A DNA stretch of 64,000 nucleotides from Candidatus Saccharibacteria bacterium 49-20 (GTDB taxonomy: Bacteria; Patescibacteriota; Saccharimonadia; Saccharimonadales; Saccharimonadaceae): the NCBI GenBank assembly GCA_001897295.1, contig MKSN01000001.1, forward strand, positions 672,141 through 736,140, in the 5' to 3' direction. The notes below the pieces were generated by a model. It was given only the letters and a program-made list of their open reading frames with translations. It did no database searches and was not told where the DNA came from. The position numbers and the translations under genes were made by a program. Within the stretch, counting starts at the first letter, position 1. Each line of letters begins with the position of its first letter. Shown here in pieces: positions 37,677-48,037 of this stretch.

Positions 37677-39803
37677 CTATTCACGGTTTGCTTCTTTAAT
37701 AGAAAGACTCAAACGACCCTTTTCATCAATCGCCACAAGCTTCACCTTCACGATTTGGCCTTCAGTAAGCACATCTTCAACCTTTTCGACGCGTTCGTCA
37801 GAAAGTTGTGAGATGTGAACCATACCGTCGGTTCCAGGAAGGATATTCACAAATGCACCGAAGTCTTTAATAGTCACAACCTTACCTTCGTAGATAGTAC
37901 CTACTTCAGGTTCAGTCGTAAGACCCTTAATCCATTCGATTGCGCGTGCAATGCCCTCTGCATCTGAGCCAGCCACAGTAATGAGACCGTCTTCCTTGAT
38001 GTCGATTTCAGCACCGGTTTCCGAAGTAATCTTGTTAATCACTTCTCCACCCTTACCAATGACTGCACCAATCTTTTCTGGGTTGATCTTAATCTTCTCG
38101 ATACGTGGCGCGTATGGGCTGAGCTCCTTGCGTGGTTCAGCGAGTGTCGCGAGCATACTTTCAAGAATGTGCGCACGGCCCTTCTTTGCAGTCATGATTG
38201 CTTCTTTAAGAATTTCAACTGGGAGTCCGTGGACCTTCATGTCCATTTGGAGTGCAGTAATACCTGCAGCGGTACCGGCAGACTTGAAGTCCATGTCACC
38301 GGCGAAGTCTTCAGCGTCAGCGATGTCGCTCAGAATGTTTGGCGTGTCGCCGTCCATAATAAGCCCCATTGCGATACCAGATACAGGCGCCTTAATTGGC
38401 ACACCCGCGTCCATAAGCGCAAGACAGCTAGAACACGTTGCGGCCATTGAAGTTGAACCGTTTTGACTCATGATTTCCGTCACGCTACGAATGGCGTATG
38501 GGAAGTCTTCAACATCAGGAAGCACTGGAAGAAGCGCACGCTCTGCAAGATAGCCGTGACCAATTTCGCGGCGACCTGGACCACCGAGGCGCTGTACTTC
38601 ACCTACTGTGTAGCCTGGTGCGTTGTAGTGGTGCATGTAGCGACGCTCGCCATCGTTGATTTCCATTGTGTCAACGAGTTGTGCGTAGCTAAGTGGCGCG
38701 AGGGTTACGACATTAAGGCCCTGGGTCATACCACGAGTAAAGAGTGCTGAGCCGTGTACGCGTGGGAGGACGCCTACTTCGCTTGAAAGTGGACGAATCT
38801 CATCGAATGCGCGACCGTCTGGGCGAACCTTGTGCTCAACAATACCCTTGCGGACATCTTTATGAACTGCAGCCGTAAAGGCCTCGTCGTACTTATCGCG
38901 TGGATAGGTAGCGCCTTCGTTCTCCGCTTCGTACTTAGCGGCGGTTTCTTCGTGGAAAGCCCAGCGAAGCTGGTTGATAAGCTCATTGCGTTCTGGGTAT
39001 GGCTTGCGAATTGCTTCACCAAGCTTGCCATCTACCCATGCGTCAGCTGCTTCTTGAAGCGCTGGGTCTGGGAGTACCAATCTGTATTCTTGTGCAACTG
39101 GTGCGATCTTTTCAGCAAGCTCTTTTTGAAGCGCGATTGCTGGTTGGTAGTGTTCGTAGGCCCATGCGAGTGCATCGGCAACCACTTCTTCTGGCACTTG
39201 GTCGGCACCAGCTTCCACCATGGTAATACCACTTTCAATACCTGCGACTACAAGGTCGAGATCTGAGGCTTCACGCTCTTCAGGTGAGAGGAATGCTTTG
39301 AATTCGCCGTTCACGCGACCCACGCGAAGACCCGCAACCGGACCATCGAATGGTGTACCGGTAAGCATAAGAGCCGCAGAGGCTGCAATCATTGCCGGCA
39401 TGTCTGGGCGGAATGATGGGTCGAGGCTGAGCACACTTGCGACAACCTGCACTTCTTGGCGGTACCCCTTAGGGAACAACGGACGGATTGGGCGGTCAAT
39501 CAAACGACCGATAAGAATCGCCTCGTCAGATGGACGGCCTTCACGCTTAATGAAGCGGCTGCCGCTAATTTTGCCAGCTGCATAAAATTTTTCTTCATAG
39601 TCGATACTGAGCGGGAAGTAATCGAGTACTACTGGGCGCGTCCCAACGGTTGCTGAACCAAGCACAACGGTGTCGCCGTACTTTACGAGTACAGAACCAG
39701 TGGTGCGAAAGCCTACGCGGTTTACTTCCAATGTTAATGGACGACCTTCGAACTCGGTCGTCACGCTAATAATGTCCTTGCCATACGGATTGATTGTTGG
39801 CAT
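37677..39803 (-). CDS. pnp: Polyribonucleotide nucleotidyltransferase
   Basis: RLIDRPIRPLFP, RPDGR, RREIGHG, NGSTSMA, GDMDFK, KH and S1 domains. Confidence 0.98.
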   Translation of the reverse strand: MPTINPYGKDIISVTTEFEGRPLTLEVNRVGFRTTGSVLVKYGDTVVLGSATVGTRPVVLDYFPLSIDYEEKFYAAGKISGSRFIKREGRPSDEAILIGRLIDRPIRPLFPKGYRQEVQVVASVLSLDPSFRPDMPAMIAASAALMLTGTPFDGPVAGLRVGRVNGEFKAFLSPEEREASDLDLVVAGIESGITMVEAGADQVPEEVVADALAWAYEHYQPAIALQKELAEKIAPVAQEYRLVLPDPALQEAADAWVDGKLGEAIRKPYPERNELINQLRWAFHEETAAKYEAENEGATYPRDKYDEAFTAAVHKDVRKGIVEHKVRPDGRAFDEIRPLSSEVGVLPRVHGSALFTRGMTQGLNVVTLAPLSYAQLVDTMEINDGERRYMHHYNAPGYTVGEVQRLGGPGRREIGHGYLAERALLPVLPDVEDFPYAIRSVTEIMSQNGSTSMAATCSSCLALMDAGVPIKAPVSGIAMGLIMDGDTPNILSDIADAEDFAGDMDFKSAGTAAGITALQMDMKVHGLPVEILKEAIMTAKKGRAHILESMLATLAEPRKELSPYAPRIEKIKINPEKIGAVIGKGGEVINKITSETGAEIDIKEDGLITVAGSDAEGIARAIEWIKGLTTEPEVGTIYEGKVVTIKDFGAFVNILPGTDGMVHISQLSDERVEKVEDVLTEGQIVKVKLVAIDEKGRLSLSIKEANRE

Positions 39804-39822
39804 TGAACCTCCTTATTTTTAG

Positions 39823-39928
39823 TCCCACTTCTTTCTTTAAAGCGAGTAAGTAACGGGTACAGTGTTTCGATAGAATCGAAGCGCTCTATCCTGCACTTAT
39901 TCGCATGTGGGATATACCTATTATAGCA
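39823..39928 (-). promoter_or_regulatory. pnp promoter and long 5'-leader stem-loop
   Basis: TGCTATAAT at 39920-39928; nested inverted repeats spanning 39823-39912. Confidence 0.65.
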
Positions 39929-40019
39929 TAGTCACAACAGTAGTAGACTTGACTTTTTATACTGTTTATGGTAATTTGATTTTATACAATTCAAAAACAA
40001 ACACGAGGCACCTTACACT

Positions 40020-40253
40020 ATGGGCGAACAAGATCCTTTCGAAGCAAGAGCAGCGCACGCAAAGCAAGTTGTAGACCGCATCAGAAGCGCCACGCCCGAA
40101 GAGCGCGCAGCAAACCTTGAAGCGGGTATTCATGACATGGCAGAGGACCTTTACAGTAGGTTGCGCCTAGAGCACGACATTCAGATGTACAATGCCCGAA
40201 GACAAAGACTCGCCGCCACAGCAACGAGTCACCTTGTCGACAGGGTTCAGTAG
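40020..40253 (+). CDS. Small hypothetical helical protein
   Basis: 77 aa, GAGG SD, upstream TTGACT-17 nt-TAATTT. Confidence 0.6.
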   Translation: MGEQDPFEARAAHAKQVVDRIRSATPEERAANLEAGIHDMAEDLYSRLRLEHDIQMYNARRQRLAATATSHLVDRVQ

Positions 40254-40256
40254 TCC

Positions 40257-40637
40257 TTAACCGTTTCGCGGAATCGCCACAAGATCGATATCAAACACGA
40301 GGTCGCTATTTGCAGGGATGTTCCTTGAAGGGCTTGAGGCGCCGTATGCCATCTCTGCAGGGATAATCAGACGACGAGTACCACCAATTTTCATACCAGG
40401 AACACCGTGCGTCCAGCCCTTAATAACCTGGTCGAGACCAAAGGTGATCGCGTCACCAAAGTCGTGACTACTTTGGAAAATAATACCGTTCTTCACTAGT
40501 GCGCCGGTGTAGTGTGCAGTAATAGTTGCACCCGGCTTCACTTCTTCGCCAGCTCCTACTTCTACATCGATAATTTCAAGTTCTTTTACTTCGTCGCGCG
40601 GGTCAAAGCCGTGCAGTTTTGTACCTTCGTAGGCCAT
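40257..40637 (-). CDS. FKBP-type peptidyl-prolyl isomerase
   Basis: HYTG.L, VIKGW..G, MKIGG.RRLIIP..AYG, IPANSDLVF. Confidence 0.95.
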   Translation of the reverse strand: MAYEGTKLHGFDPRDEVKELEIIDVEVGAGEEVKPGATITAHYTGALVKNGIIFQSSHDFGDAITFGLDQVIKGWTHGVPGMKIGGTRRLIIPAEMAYGASSPSRNIPANSDLVFDIDLVAIPRNG

Positions 40638-40801
40638 AGTTTCTCCTTGGTTCTTTATTCTATTTTACCAAAGTATTCCCTAGGGCACCCTCCCCTGCTA
40701 TACTTTCCCTACTATGACCTGCGGGTCCTCTACGCGTCGACGTTCGGACGAGCCGAACCACTAACGCTCACCTACATAACAATTACAAGGAGAGCAACAA
40801 C

Positions 40802-41248
40802 ATGAGCACACGTCGTACAAACGTGAGGGGTATTATTTATCGTGACGGACAACTCCTCGTCACAAAGTTTCGCCAGGAGGACAATTCGGAGAGTGAACAC
40901 TGGGGTACTTTCGGGGGCGGGCTTGATATTGGCGAGTCGATTCTCGAAGGACTTCACCGCGAGATGATTGAAGAGACAGGCATTGCACCGAAGATTGGTC
41001 GCCTACTCTTTATTCAGCAGTTTTATGATGGCGAGAAAGAACAGTTCGAGCTTTTCTTTCACATCGAAAACCCAGAGGACTACGAAGCGATTAGCCTTGA
41101 GAGTACTTCGCACGGACTTCTCGAACTCACGCGCAGTGAATTCGTAGACCCAAAGAAGAGTTTCGTTTTGCCGGCATTTTTAAGCAACATTGATATCGAA
41201 TCATACATCAATGGCACGCTTCCAGTGCACATCTATAGCGAACTTTAG
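40802..41248 (+). CDS. NUDIX hydrolase
   Basis: GGGLDIGESILEGLHREMIEETG Nudix box. Confidence 0.93.
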   Translation: MSTRRTNVRGIIYRDGQLLVTKFRQEDNSESEHWGTFGGGLDIGESILEGLHREMIEETGIAPKIGRLLFIQQFYDGEKEQFELFFHIENPEDYEAISLESTSHGLLELTRSEFVDPKKSFVLPAFLSNIDIESYINGTLPVHIYSEL

Positions 41249-42039
41249 ACAGACTTCACATCGCGGCGCGGGAAGAATAATAGCGCAATGAAAAGCGACA
41301 CAAGAATCACGACCCCGTAAAATACCGCGTTCCCCCATTCCACCGTGCCGTGGGCGATTTCTACCGCTGGGAAATAGTGGAAAAACGAAAGTTTTTCGTA
41401 TGGCTCAAGCCAATCTACAGCCTGCGCGAAGGTACTGAGTAAGAAGCTGCCAATAGCCAAGATAATCGCCACACCGGTAGTAATTGCACGCTTACCCGTC
41501 GAAAGCCCGATTGCGAAAATAAGGCTCGCCAGCGCCGTCACAAGTAGCCATGTAAATAGGCCGAGTCGTACGAGGACCATCTGATCAACCGACTCACCAA
41601 TCGTCAGAAGCCCAACTTCTACACCAATTATTGGTGCGAGTGAAGCTACGAAACAGATGATAACGATTGAAAACCACTTCGCAAGAATAATCTTTCGACG
41701 ACTCACAGGTAATGCAATCAATGTGCGCAATTGCCCCTTATCCTCCTCTCCGACCGTCAGGCCAATCGCAAGCAAGATAGAAAGGATACTGATAAAGATC
41801 GGCAAGCGAATATCAAAGACCTGGCTGCCAATGTAGCCCGGAAGTTCTTTCCAATCTTGCAAATCGCCCACTAAGCCTTGTAGCGCAGGAGGTAGGCTAT
41901 CAAGGAGTCCGTCAATTTGCCCACCGCTAAAAGATGGAAAGAACGAGGTCATCACAAAACCAAGGAATCCAATACCAATCGCCCACCCAAGAATGAAATA
42001 CCGCTTATCGCGCAGGGTCTTAAAAAATAGATTAAACAT
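41245..42039 (-). CDS. ABC-2 type exporter permease
   Basis: 6 TM, GEEDKGQL..L...P.SR..I..AK motif; overlaps ATPase gene. Confidence 0.88.
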   Translation of the reverse strand: MFNLFFKTLRDKRYFILGWAIGIGFLGFVMTSFFPSFSGGQIDGLLDSLPPALQGLVGDLQDWKELPGYIGSQVFDIRLPIFISILSILLAIGLTVGEEDKGQLRTLIALPVSRRKIILAKWFSIVIICFVASLAPIIGVEVGLLTIGESVDQMVLVRLGLFTWLLVTALASLIFAIGLSTGKRAITTGVAIILAIGSFLLSTFAQAVDWLEPYEKLSFFHYFPAVEIAHGTVEWGNAVFYGVVILVSLFIALLFFPRRDVKSV

Positions 42040-42940
42040 TTTCAGACTCCTCTTCTTGGTACAAATCTTCAAAAGCCGCTTCAGCACTATGATCGGTAAT
42101 TGTCACGTCCAATAGGTGCGGCAGCGTGCCGAGCCATTCTTGCAGACGGATTGCCTTCTCCTTATAGATAAACTCAAGAACATAGCCTTCGGTCTGCTTG
42201 TGCGCCTCGACCATCTCGGCGGCTCTCGGTGCGGTCACCCTCTCTTTTGTCATCACGCGCACCAACTTACCCGCTTGGGTCTCGAGATCTGAAGTCGGGA
42301 TATCTTTGACGAGCTTGCCGTTTTTAATGAGCAAGATGCGCGTACACACATCCGTCACTTCGTTTAGGTAGTGCGACGACATAAAGATAGTTGCGCCGTT
42401 TTCAGAGGCCTCCCGCACCAACTCAATGAAGTGCTGCTGCATCAGTGGGTCGAGTCCGCTACTCGGCTCGTCAAGAATAATGAGTTCAGGCTCGGTCATA
42501 AAGGCAGAAATGAGGGCAATTTTTTGCTTATTACCCCTTGAAAGTGTGTTCAGTTTTTTATCGAGCTGCGGATCAAAGCGAGTCACCAAACTTTTAAATA
42601 GTTCAGTATTAGTTGATACCCCATACGAGCGAGCCACAAACCGTAGATACTGCGCGCCGGTCATACCGTCAAACAAGCTCATATCACCCGTCGCAAAACC
42701 AATGCGACGATGGCTATGGTGCGCATTCGGCAGCGTCACCCGTTCACCAAAAAGCTCTACCTCACCACCCGATGGGTGCTGAAAGCCAAGTAGCATATTA
42801 ATAGTAGTGGATTTCCCTGCGCCGTTCAGGCCAACAAACCCGATCACTTCTCCCTTATGTACAGAGAATGACACATCGTCGACTGCGGCATAGTTGCCGT
42901 ATCGTTTAGAAAGATTCTTTGTTGCAATAATAGCGGTCAT
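42032..42940 (-). CDS. ABC exporter ATP-binding protein
   Basis: GLNGAGKST, LSRGNKQK, ILDEPSSGLDP, SSH. Confidence 0.93.
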   Translation of the reverse strand: MTAIIATKNLSKRYGNYAAVDDVSFSVHKGEVIGFVGLNGAGKSTTINMLLGFQHPSGGEVELFGERVTLPNAHHSHRRIGFATGDMSLFDGMTGAQYLRFVARSYGVSTNTELFKSLVTRFDPQLDKKLNTLSRGNKQKIALISAFMTEPELIILDEPSSGLDPLMQQHFIELVREASENGATIFMSSHYLNEVTDVCTRILLIKNGKLVKDIPTSDLETQAGKLVRVMTKERVTAPRAAEMVEAHKQTEGYVLEFIYKEKAIRLQEWLGTLPHLLDVTITDHSAEAAFEDLYQEEESENV

Positions 42941-42980
42941 GCTTCTAGTATAGCGCCGCCAAATAAAAAAAGAACTTCGC

Positions 42981-43247
42981 TTATTTGCGAAGTCCTAGTT
43001 TTGCAACGACAGCTTTGTAAGCTTCGAAGTCTTTTGCCTCTAAGTACTTTAGAAGGCGCTTGCGGCGTCCAACCATCTGCACGAGGCCGCGACGAGCCAT
43101 GTGGTCGTGCTTGTTGAGCTTAAGGTGCTCGGTTACCTCTTTAATACGCACAGTAAGTACTGACACTTGAGCTTGTGGGCTTCCAACGTCAGTTTTGTGC
43201 GTTTGCGTCAGGGCGAATGCCTGTGCTTTGTTCTCTGCAGTAATCAT
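42981..43247 (-). CDS. rpsO: 30S ribosomal protein S15
   Basis: DVGSPQAQV..LT.RI, HL..NKHDH..RRGL..MVGRRKRLL.YL. Confidence 0.97.
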   Translation of the reverse strand: MITAENKAQAFALTQTHKTDVGSPQAQVSVLTVRIKEVTEHLKLNKHDHMARRGLVQMVGRRKRLLKYLEAKDFEAYKAVVAKLGLRK

Positions 43248-43345
43248 CAGGTGTGTACTATAGCAGAAATTTCCACAGGTTTCAAGAGGTACTACGCAAA
43301 GGAATTCCAAAATGCTCTTGCTTTGCAAAAAAGCGGCGTATACTA

Positions 43346-43846
43346 ATGCTCAAGAAGATTGATCAGGGCAAATCAATGTCAGAAATATACACACACGAAC
43401 CCCAGCGTCATATTATCGACTACCCCCACTTGGTAGATACTGCCCAGCTGAGCGCCGCGCGCCTGCTCGATATCGACAAGTCCCTCGATTCCGACACATT
43501 TGCGGAAGTACTGGCTCACCATAAGCCCGAAGATCACGAACGAATCATGCAACAAGTTGGTGTACGATTCGACGATGCACTTATTAGTTTTGTGACTGCA
43601 TCTATTATTGGACGCCGAAACCAAGATGTGGTCATTCTAGCGGACGCATCCGAAGGTTTTGACGGTCACCTGCCGTGGGAGCCGCGCTTAACCGCACATG
43701 TAGAGAACCTGAAAAATCACGGCCATCTTCAGACGGTAAATGTATGGGTAGAGCGTTTCTCAACCGATGACCAGGACATCCAAGCCCTTACCGAAACCGC
43801 ACGCGAACTTGCTGTCGAAACCACACCGGAATATCATCCTGCTTAA
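43346..43846 (+). CDS. Hypothetical protein (start uncertain, 43346 or 43376)
   Basis: Open frame filling the gap with typical composition; no motif recognised. Confidence 0.65.
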   Translation: MLKKIDQGKSMSEIYTHEPQRHIIDYPHLVDTAQLSAARLLDIDKSLDSDTFAEVLAHHKPEDHERIMQQVGVRFDDALISFVTASIIGRRNQDVVILADASEGFDGHLPWEPRLTAHVENLKNHGHLQTVNVWVERFSTDDQDIQALTETARELAVETTPEYHPA

Positions 43847-43849
43847 GCA

Positions 43850-43878
43850 TTGACTTTTTATCTGTTAAGTGGTATAAT
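43850..43878 (+). promoter_or_regulatory. Near-consensus sigma70 promoter
   Basis: TTGACT-17 nt-TATAAT with extended TG, 9 nt before ATG 43888. Confidence 0.8.
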
Positions 43879-43887
43879 TCAACCGTT

Positions 43888-46800
43888 ATGGAACTGCTGA
43901 GGTTTCCTTCGCGCGGAGGGTTCTCCGTACGAAGTGTTTTTATTTTTGCCCTAACCGTTATTATCACGGCCCTATTATGGGCAACCTTCGCAAGCACCCC
44001 TACTCACGCGGCTGACGCCCAGTGGAATGGTGCATCTCTTCAATACAACGGCAACCAATACCTTTCATATGGCACCGCTCAAACTGGCGATAGCATCGGG
44101 CTTCCAGCCGGAACCGACTTCTACGCCTATATCCCAGCTGCACCTTCGACACCCGCAACCGGCCCAGCAACGCAAAAGGCGTACGTCATTTACTTTGCAC
44201 CAGGCGCATCGCCTCCAAGCGAAGCCAACGCAACCTACGTTGAGTACACTTACGACCCAAGCACGAAGACTTTCTCTAACCCAACCAACTCAACCGCCAT
44301 CACCGTTGACACCAACTCTGCCGCCTCAACAGGTACCGCCTGTGCGATTGAAGGCATCGGTTGGATTGCTTGTCCTGCGATGACTTGGCTTGCAAACGGT
44401 ATGGACAGCGTCTTCGACCTGATTGCCGACTTTATGGAAGTGCAACCGCTTCAAACTGGTAACACCCAGGGAAGCCTCTACCAGTCATGGAACATGGTGC
44501 GAAGTATTGCGAATATCGCCTTCATCATCGTATTCATTATTATTATCTACTCACAGCTCACCAATATTGGTGTGACGAGCTATGGACTCAAGAAGCTTAT
44601 TCCTCGCCTCATCATCGCAGCCGTGGCCGTCAACATCTCGTACTACATCGCGGCGATTGCGGTCGACATCTCGAACATCCTCGGCTACTCGCTCCAGGAC
44701 CTTCTTATGGGTATGCAGCGCGAAGTGGTCGCCAATGGTGTTGTTGATCCAAACGCCCAAGCCGATATTAATAGCGGCCTCAGTTGGGGTGCCTTTACTG
44801 CCTTCATTATTTCAGGTGGTACTGCCGTCGTTGCAGGAACCGCAGGACTCCTTATTGCCTCTGGTGGTACGATTACCGCGATTGCTTTCCTCCTCCTCCC
44901 AACTCTCCTCGGGCTCATCCTTGCACTCCTCGTGGTATTCCTTATCCTCGCAGCGCGCCAGGCAATCATCATTATCTTGGTGATTATCGCGCCGCTTGCT
45001 ATCGTTGCCTACCTACTGCCAAACACCGAAAAGTGGTTCGACAAATGGCGCGGCCTCTTTATGACCATGCTGATTTTCTTCCCAGCTTTCGCAGTTGTAT
45101 TTGGTGGCGCGCAGCTCGCAGGTTCAATCATTATTAAGAACGCCGACTCAGTCACGATGCAGCTACTTGGTATGACCGTACAGATTGCTCCACTTGTCAT
45201 TACCCCAATCCTGTTGAAGTTCAGTGGGTCACTCCTTGGCAACATTGCACGCATTGTTAACAACCCAAACAAGGGGCTTATCGACCGTACCCGCAACTGG
45301 TCAAACGCGCGCGCCGACTGGCACAAGAAGCGCGGTACTGGTGGGCTCGACCGCAAAGGTAATCCTATTAACGCAGTCGACAAGAACGGCAACCCAATTG
45401 TGGGCGGCCTTGGTCGCAGGAACTTCGCACGCCGCTCTGCGCGCTACCTCGACGGACGTACTCGCCGTCTTGCTGATCGCACCGCAAACGCCGAGACCGC
45501 AACAGCAAATGCCTACGAAAACGGCAAGCTCTACGCCAAGACTGACCGCAAGGGCAATGTCCGCTACGACATGGCGCTTCAAAAGGCTGCCATTAAGTCC
45601 GACCAAGAGGCCACCCACAACCGACATGGCGCTCACGTTGAGCACGCCAAGACGCACCGTGGCTCTATGATGTACGACCGCGCAATTACCGAGGAGTCTA
45701 CTAAAGAACTCTTTACTGCTGCCCAAAACGACACCGCGGCACACTTCAACCGTGAACGTATCATTGGTGGCACCGCACTTAACCGAAGCTCACGACAGAT
45801 CGAGCTCAGTAAGATGCGCCTCGACATCTCAGATAACGACAAGCAAATCTACTTCACTGAAGAGCGTATGCGTACCGGTACGCAGCTTAATGCACTCGTC
45901 GATACCTTTGAATCTTCGAAGCTTCACCTTGAAGGCAGCCAACAACGCTACACTGCGCGTGTTGATACTATGAAGACCGACCCAAGCAACGCCCTCTACC
46001 TTGCGTCACAAGTTGCACAGGCAGGCAAGGACCACGCTGAGGCGGCACAAAACCGTGTCCAGGCTATGTTCGATGACCTTCGCAAGACCGAGCGCGCTCC
46101 TGGCGACCCTACGCCTAACGTTCTCAACGTTGCAGCGCGCGACCTTGTCAGCAGTAAGGTCATTGCTGAGCGTGGCCAAGCTGAATTTACCGAATACATC
46201 AGTACCCTTAAGTCTACCCAAGGCACTACCCTTCACCGTCAAGTGGTGGATGCTGAAAAGGCTAAGCAAAGTGCACAAGTCGCCGAGACCAAGCTCACTC
46301 GTATTGTTGAAGAATACAAGGGCGGCGGTAAGCGTGACGAAAACGGCAACATCTTTATCGATGGCCAACAAGTTACCGACCAAAGCATCCTTAGCCTGAC
46401 CGAGCAAATGGTCTATAACACCGAGCAGCTTTCTGCTGAAAAGCAGGGTGTGGAATCTGCACAGTACGAACAACGTCAACACGTTTCGCGTCTCCTTGCA
46501 GCTGAAGAAGGCAGCGCCGACTGGGCGCGTGCGCAGGAACTCCTTAATGTTGCCGGTAGCATCGACAATAACGGTCAGCAGCGTGCACTTGCAAACGCAC
46601 TTGCGCAACGTTCACGTAGCCGTACTGAAGTGCTTAACAACATTAAGTCGATCTTTAGCTTCCGTAACATTACCGATGCTGACGTAAGTAGGCTCGCACA
46701 AGGCGAGGACATTCCTGGCATCGAGAAAACCCAAGATACTATCGCTGCGGCCCTCGAAGCTATCCTTAGTGGTGGTAACGCCGAAGAAATCGTCAACGTG

Positions 46801-47358
46801 ATGCAAAAGACCGACTTCTCATTCCCTGGTATGAGCGATGAGGAGCGCGAAGAACTTCAAATTATCGCCTCTGACGCCCTCATGGGCAACAGCGCTCGCC
46901 CGCCATTCATGACCGTTGGATTCACCAAGATGTTGAAGTCTGGTAAGCGCTTCGATGGCACACTCTTCACCGATGCTGCCGCTGACCCTGCGAACCCAGA
47001 CGGTAAGCTTAATAGCGCAGCCACTGGCGACCCTAACCCAGGCAACACTCCATTCAACCGTATGATCATCACTGCAATTAATAACGGTAAGATCGACTCT
47101 AAGAAGCTCCAGGGCGCAGGCAAGGACTACGCAAAGGCAGTCTTCGAAGCTATGGACTCACTTCCTGGCGACATTAACGCGACCGCGAAGACCAAGCTCC
47201 TCGCCGAACTCGCCAAGACATTGGACCCAAGGCGCGAAGCCTCAGAAGGTCTCGCCGACAGTCTTCCATTCCTCCAAAGTATGGTGGACAACCTTGGCGG
47301 AGAGCTCATGCCTGACGGTTCAGTGAAGCTCAACCCAGACGGTACTCCTAAGCAGTAG
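43888..47358 (+). CDS. Large VirB6/TrbL-like multi-TM protein with long C-terminal helical region
   Basis: W..VR.IANI.F, LKKLIPRL..A...VN.SY, R...I.ILVI.APLA...LLPNT.KWF.KW TM block typical of VirB6-like proteins. Confidence 0.7.
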   Translation: MELLRFPSRGGFSVRSVFIFALTVIITALLWATFASTPTHAADAQWNGASLQYNGNQYLSYGTAQTGDSIGLPAGTDFYAYIPAAPSTPATGPATQKAYVIYFAPGASPPSEANATYVEYTYDPSTKTFSNPTNSTAITVDTNSAASTGTACAIEGIGWIACPAMTWLANGMDSVFDLIADFMEVQPLQTGNTQGSLYQSWNMVRSIANIAFIIVFIIIIYSQLTNIGVTSYGLKKLIPRLIIAAVAVNISYYIAAIAVDISNILGYSLQDLLMGMQREVVANGVVDPNAQADINSGLSWGAFTAFIISGGTAVVAGTAGLLIASGGTITAIAFLLLPTLLGLILALLVVFLILAARQAIIIILVIIAPLAIVAYLLPNTEKWFDKWRGLFMTMLIFFPAFAVVFGGAQLAGSIIIKNADSVTMQLLGMTVQIAPLVITPILLKFSGSLLGNIARIVNNPNKGLIDRTRNWSNARADWHKKRGTGGLDRKGNPINAVDKNGNPIVGGLGRRNFARRSARYLDGRTRRLADRTANAETATANAYENGKLYAKTDRKGNVRYDMALQKAAIKSDQEATHNRHGAHVEHAKTHRGSMMYDRAITEESTKELFTAAQNDTAAHFNRERIIGGTALNRSSRQIELSKMRLDISDNDKQIYFTEERMRTGTQLNALVDTFESSKLHLEGSQQRYTARVDTMKTDPSNALYLASQVAQAGKDHAEAAQNRVQAMFDDLRKTERAPGDPTPNVLNVAARDLVSSKVIAERGQAEFTEYISTLKSTQGTTLHRQVVDAEKAKQSAQVAETKLTRIVEEYKGGGKRDENGNIFIDGQQVTDQSILSLTEQMVYNTEQLSAEKQGVESAQYEQRQHVSRLLAAEEGSADWARAQELLNVAGSIDNNGQQRALANALAQRSRSRTEVLNNIKSIFSFRNITDADVSRLAQGEDIPGIEKTQDTIAAALEAILSGGNAEEIVNVMQKTDFSFPGMSDEEREELQIIASDALMGNSARPPFMTVGFTKMLKSGKRFDGTLFTDAAADPANPDGKLNSAATGDPNPGNTPFNRMIITAINNGKIDSKKLQGAGKDYAKAVFEAMDSLPGDINATAKTKLLAELAKTLDPRREASEGLADSLPFLQSMVDNLGGELMPDGSVKLNPDGTPKQ

Positions 47359-48016
47359 TAATAGGTGTCGCGTCGTCGACACGCCAGTCCGCTACTTTCG
47401 TGCGGCGAAGCTCGGCGCAATACGCACCGGTTTCGAGCACCTTCCCGATATCTTCGGCGAGGCTACGAATGTATGTACCACTACTGACATGTGCGCGAAT
47501 GCGAACATCAGGATACGTATAATCGATAAGTTCAAGGTTATATACCGTGACCTGGCGCTCGGGGATTTCAACGACCTCGCCCTTACGCGCTAAGTCGTAC
47601 GCACGGCGGCCATTAATCTTAATGGCACTAAACATAGGCGGACGTTGCGTAATTTCACCACGAAACGGCTCTAGCGCGGCCTCTACGGCCTCTTTGGTTG
47701 GAATATGAGTAGAAACCTCAGTCAGCTCGCCCTCGGGGTCTCCCGTCGAGCTCGTAAGACCAAGGCGAATCACTGCTTCGTATTCTTTATCGAGTTTTGA
47801 GTAGTTCATCGCGTTGCGACATTCTTTGCCTGTCACAATCAACATAAGCCCGGTCGCAAATGGATCGAGCGTACCCGTGTGGCCAACCTTGGCTTTCTTC
47901 CCTAGTTGCTCTGAAAGGCGTCGACGGACACGCGCAACCACACCAAAACTGGTGATGCCAGCTGGCTTGTCGATAAGAATCATACCGTCTTCAGGAACAA
48001 TAAAATCTGGGTTCAT
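47348..48016 (-). CDS. truB: tRNA pseudouridine(55) synthase
   Basis: DKPAGITS, GHTGTLDPFATG, QRPPMFSAIK, SSGTYIRSL. Confidence 0.97.
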   Translation of the reverse strand: MNPDFIVPEDGMILIDKPAGITSFGVVARVRRRLSEQLGKKAKVGHTGTLDPFATGLMLIVTGKECRNAMNYSKLDKEYEAVIRLGLTSSTGDPEGELTEVSTHIPTKEAVEAALEPFRGEITQRPPMFSAIKINGRRAYDLARKGEVVEIPERQVTVYNLELIDYTYPDVRIRAHVSSGTYIRSLAEDIGKVLETGAYCAELRRTKVADWRVDDATPITTA

Positions 48017-48037
48017 TAAGGCTATTATACCCGAGTG

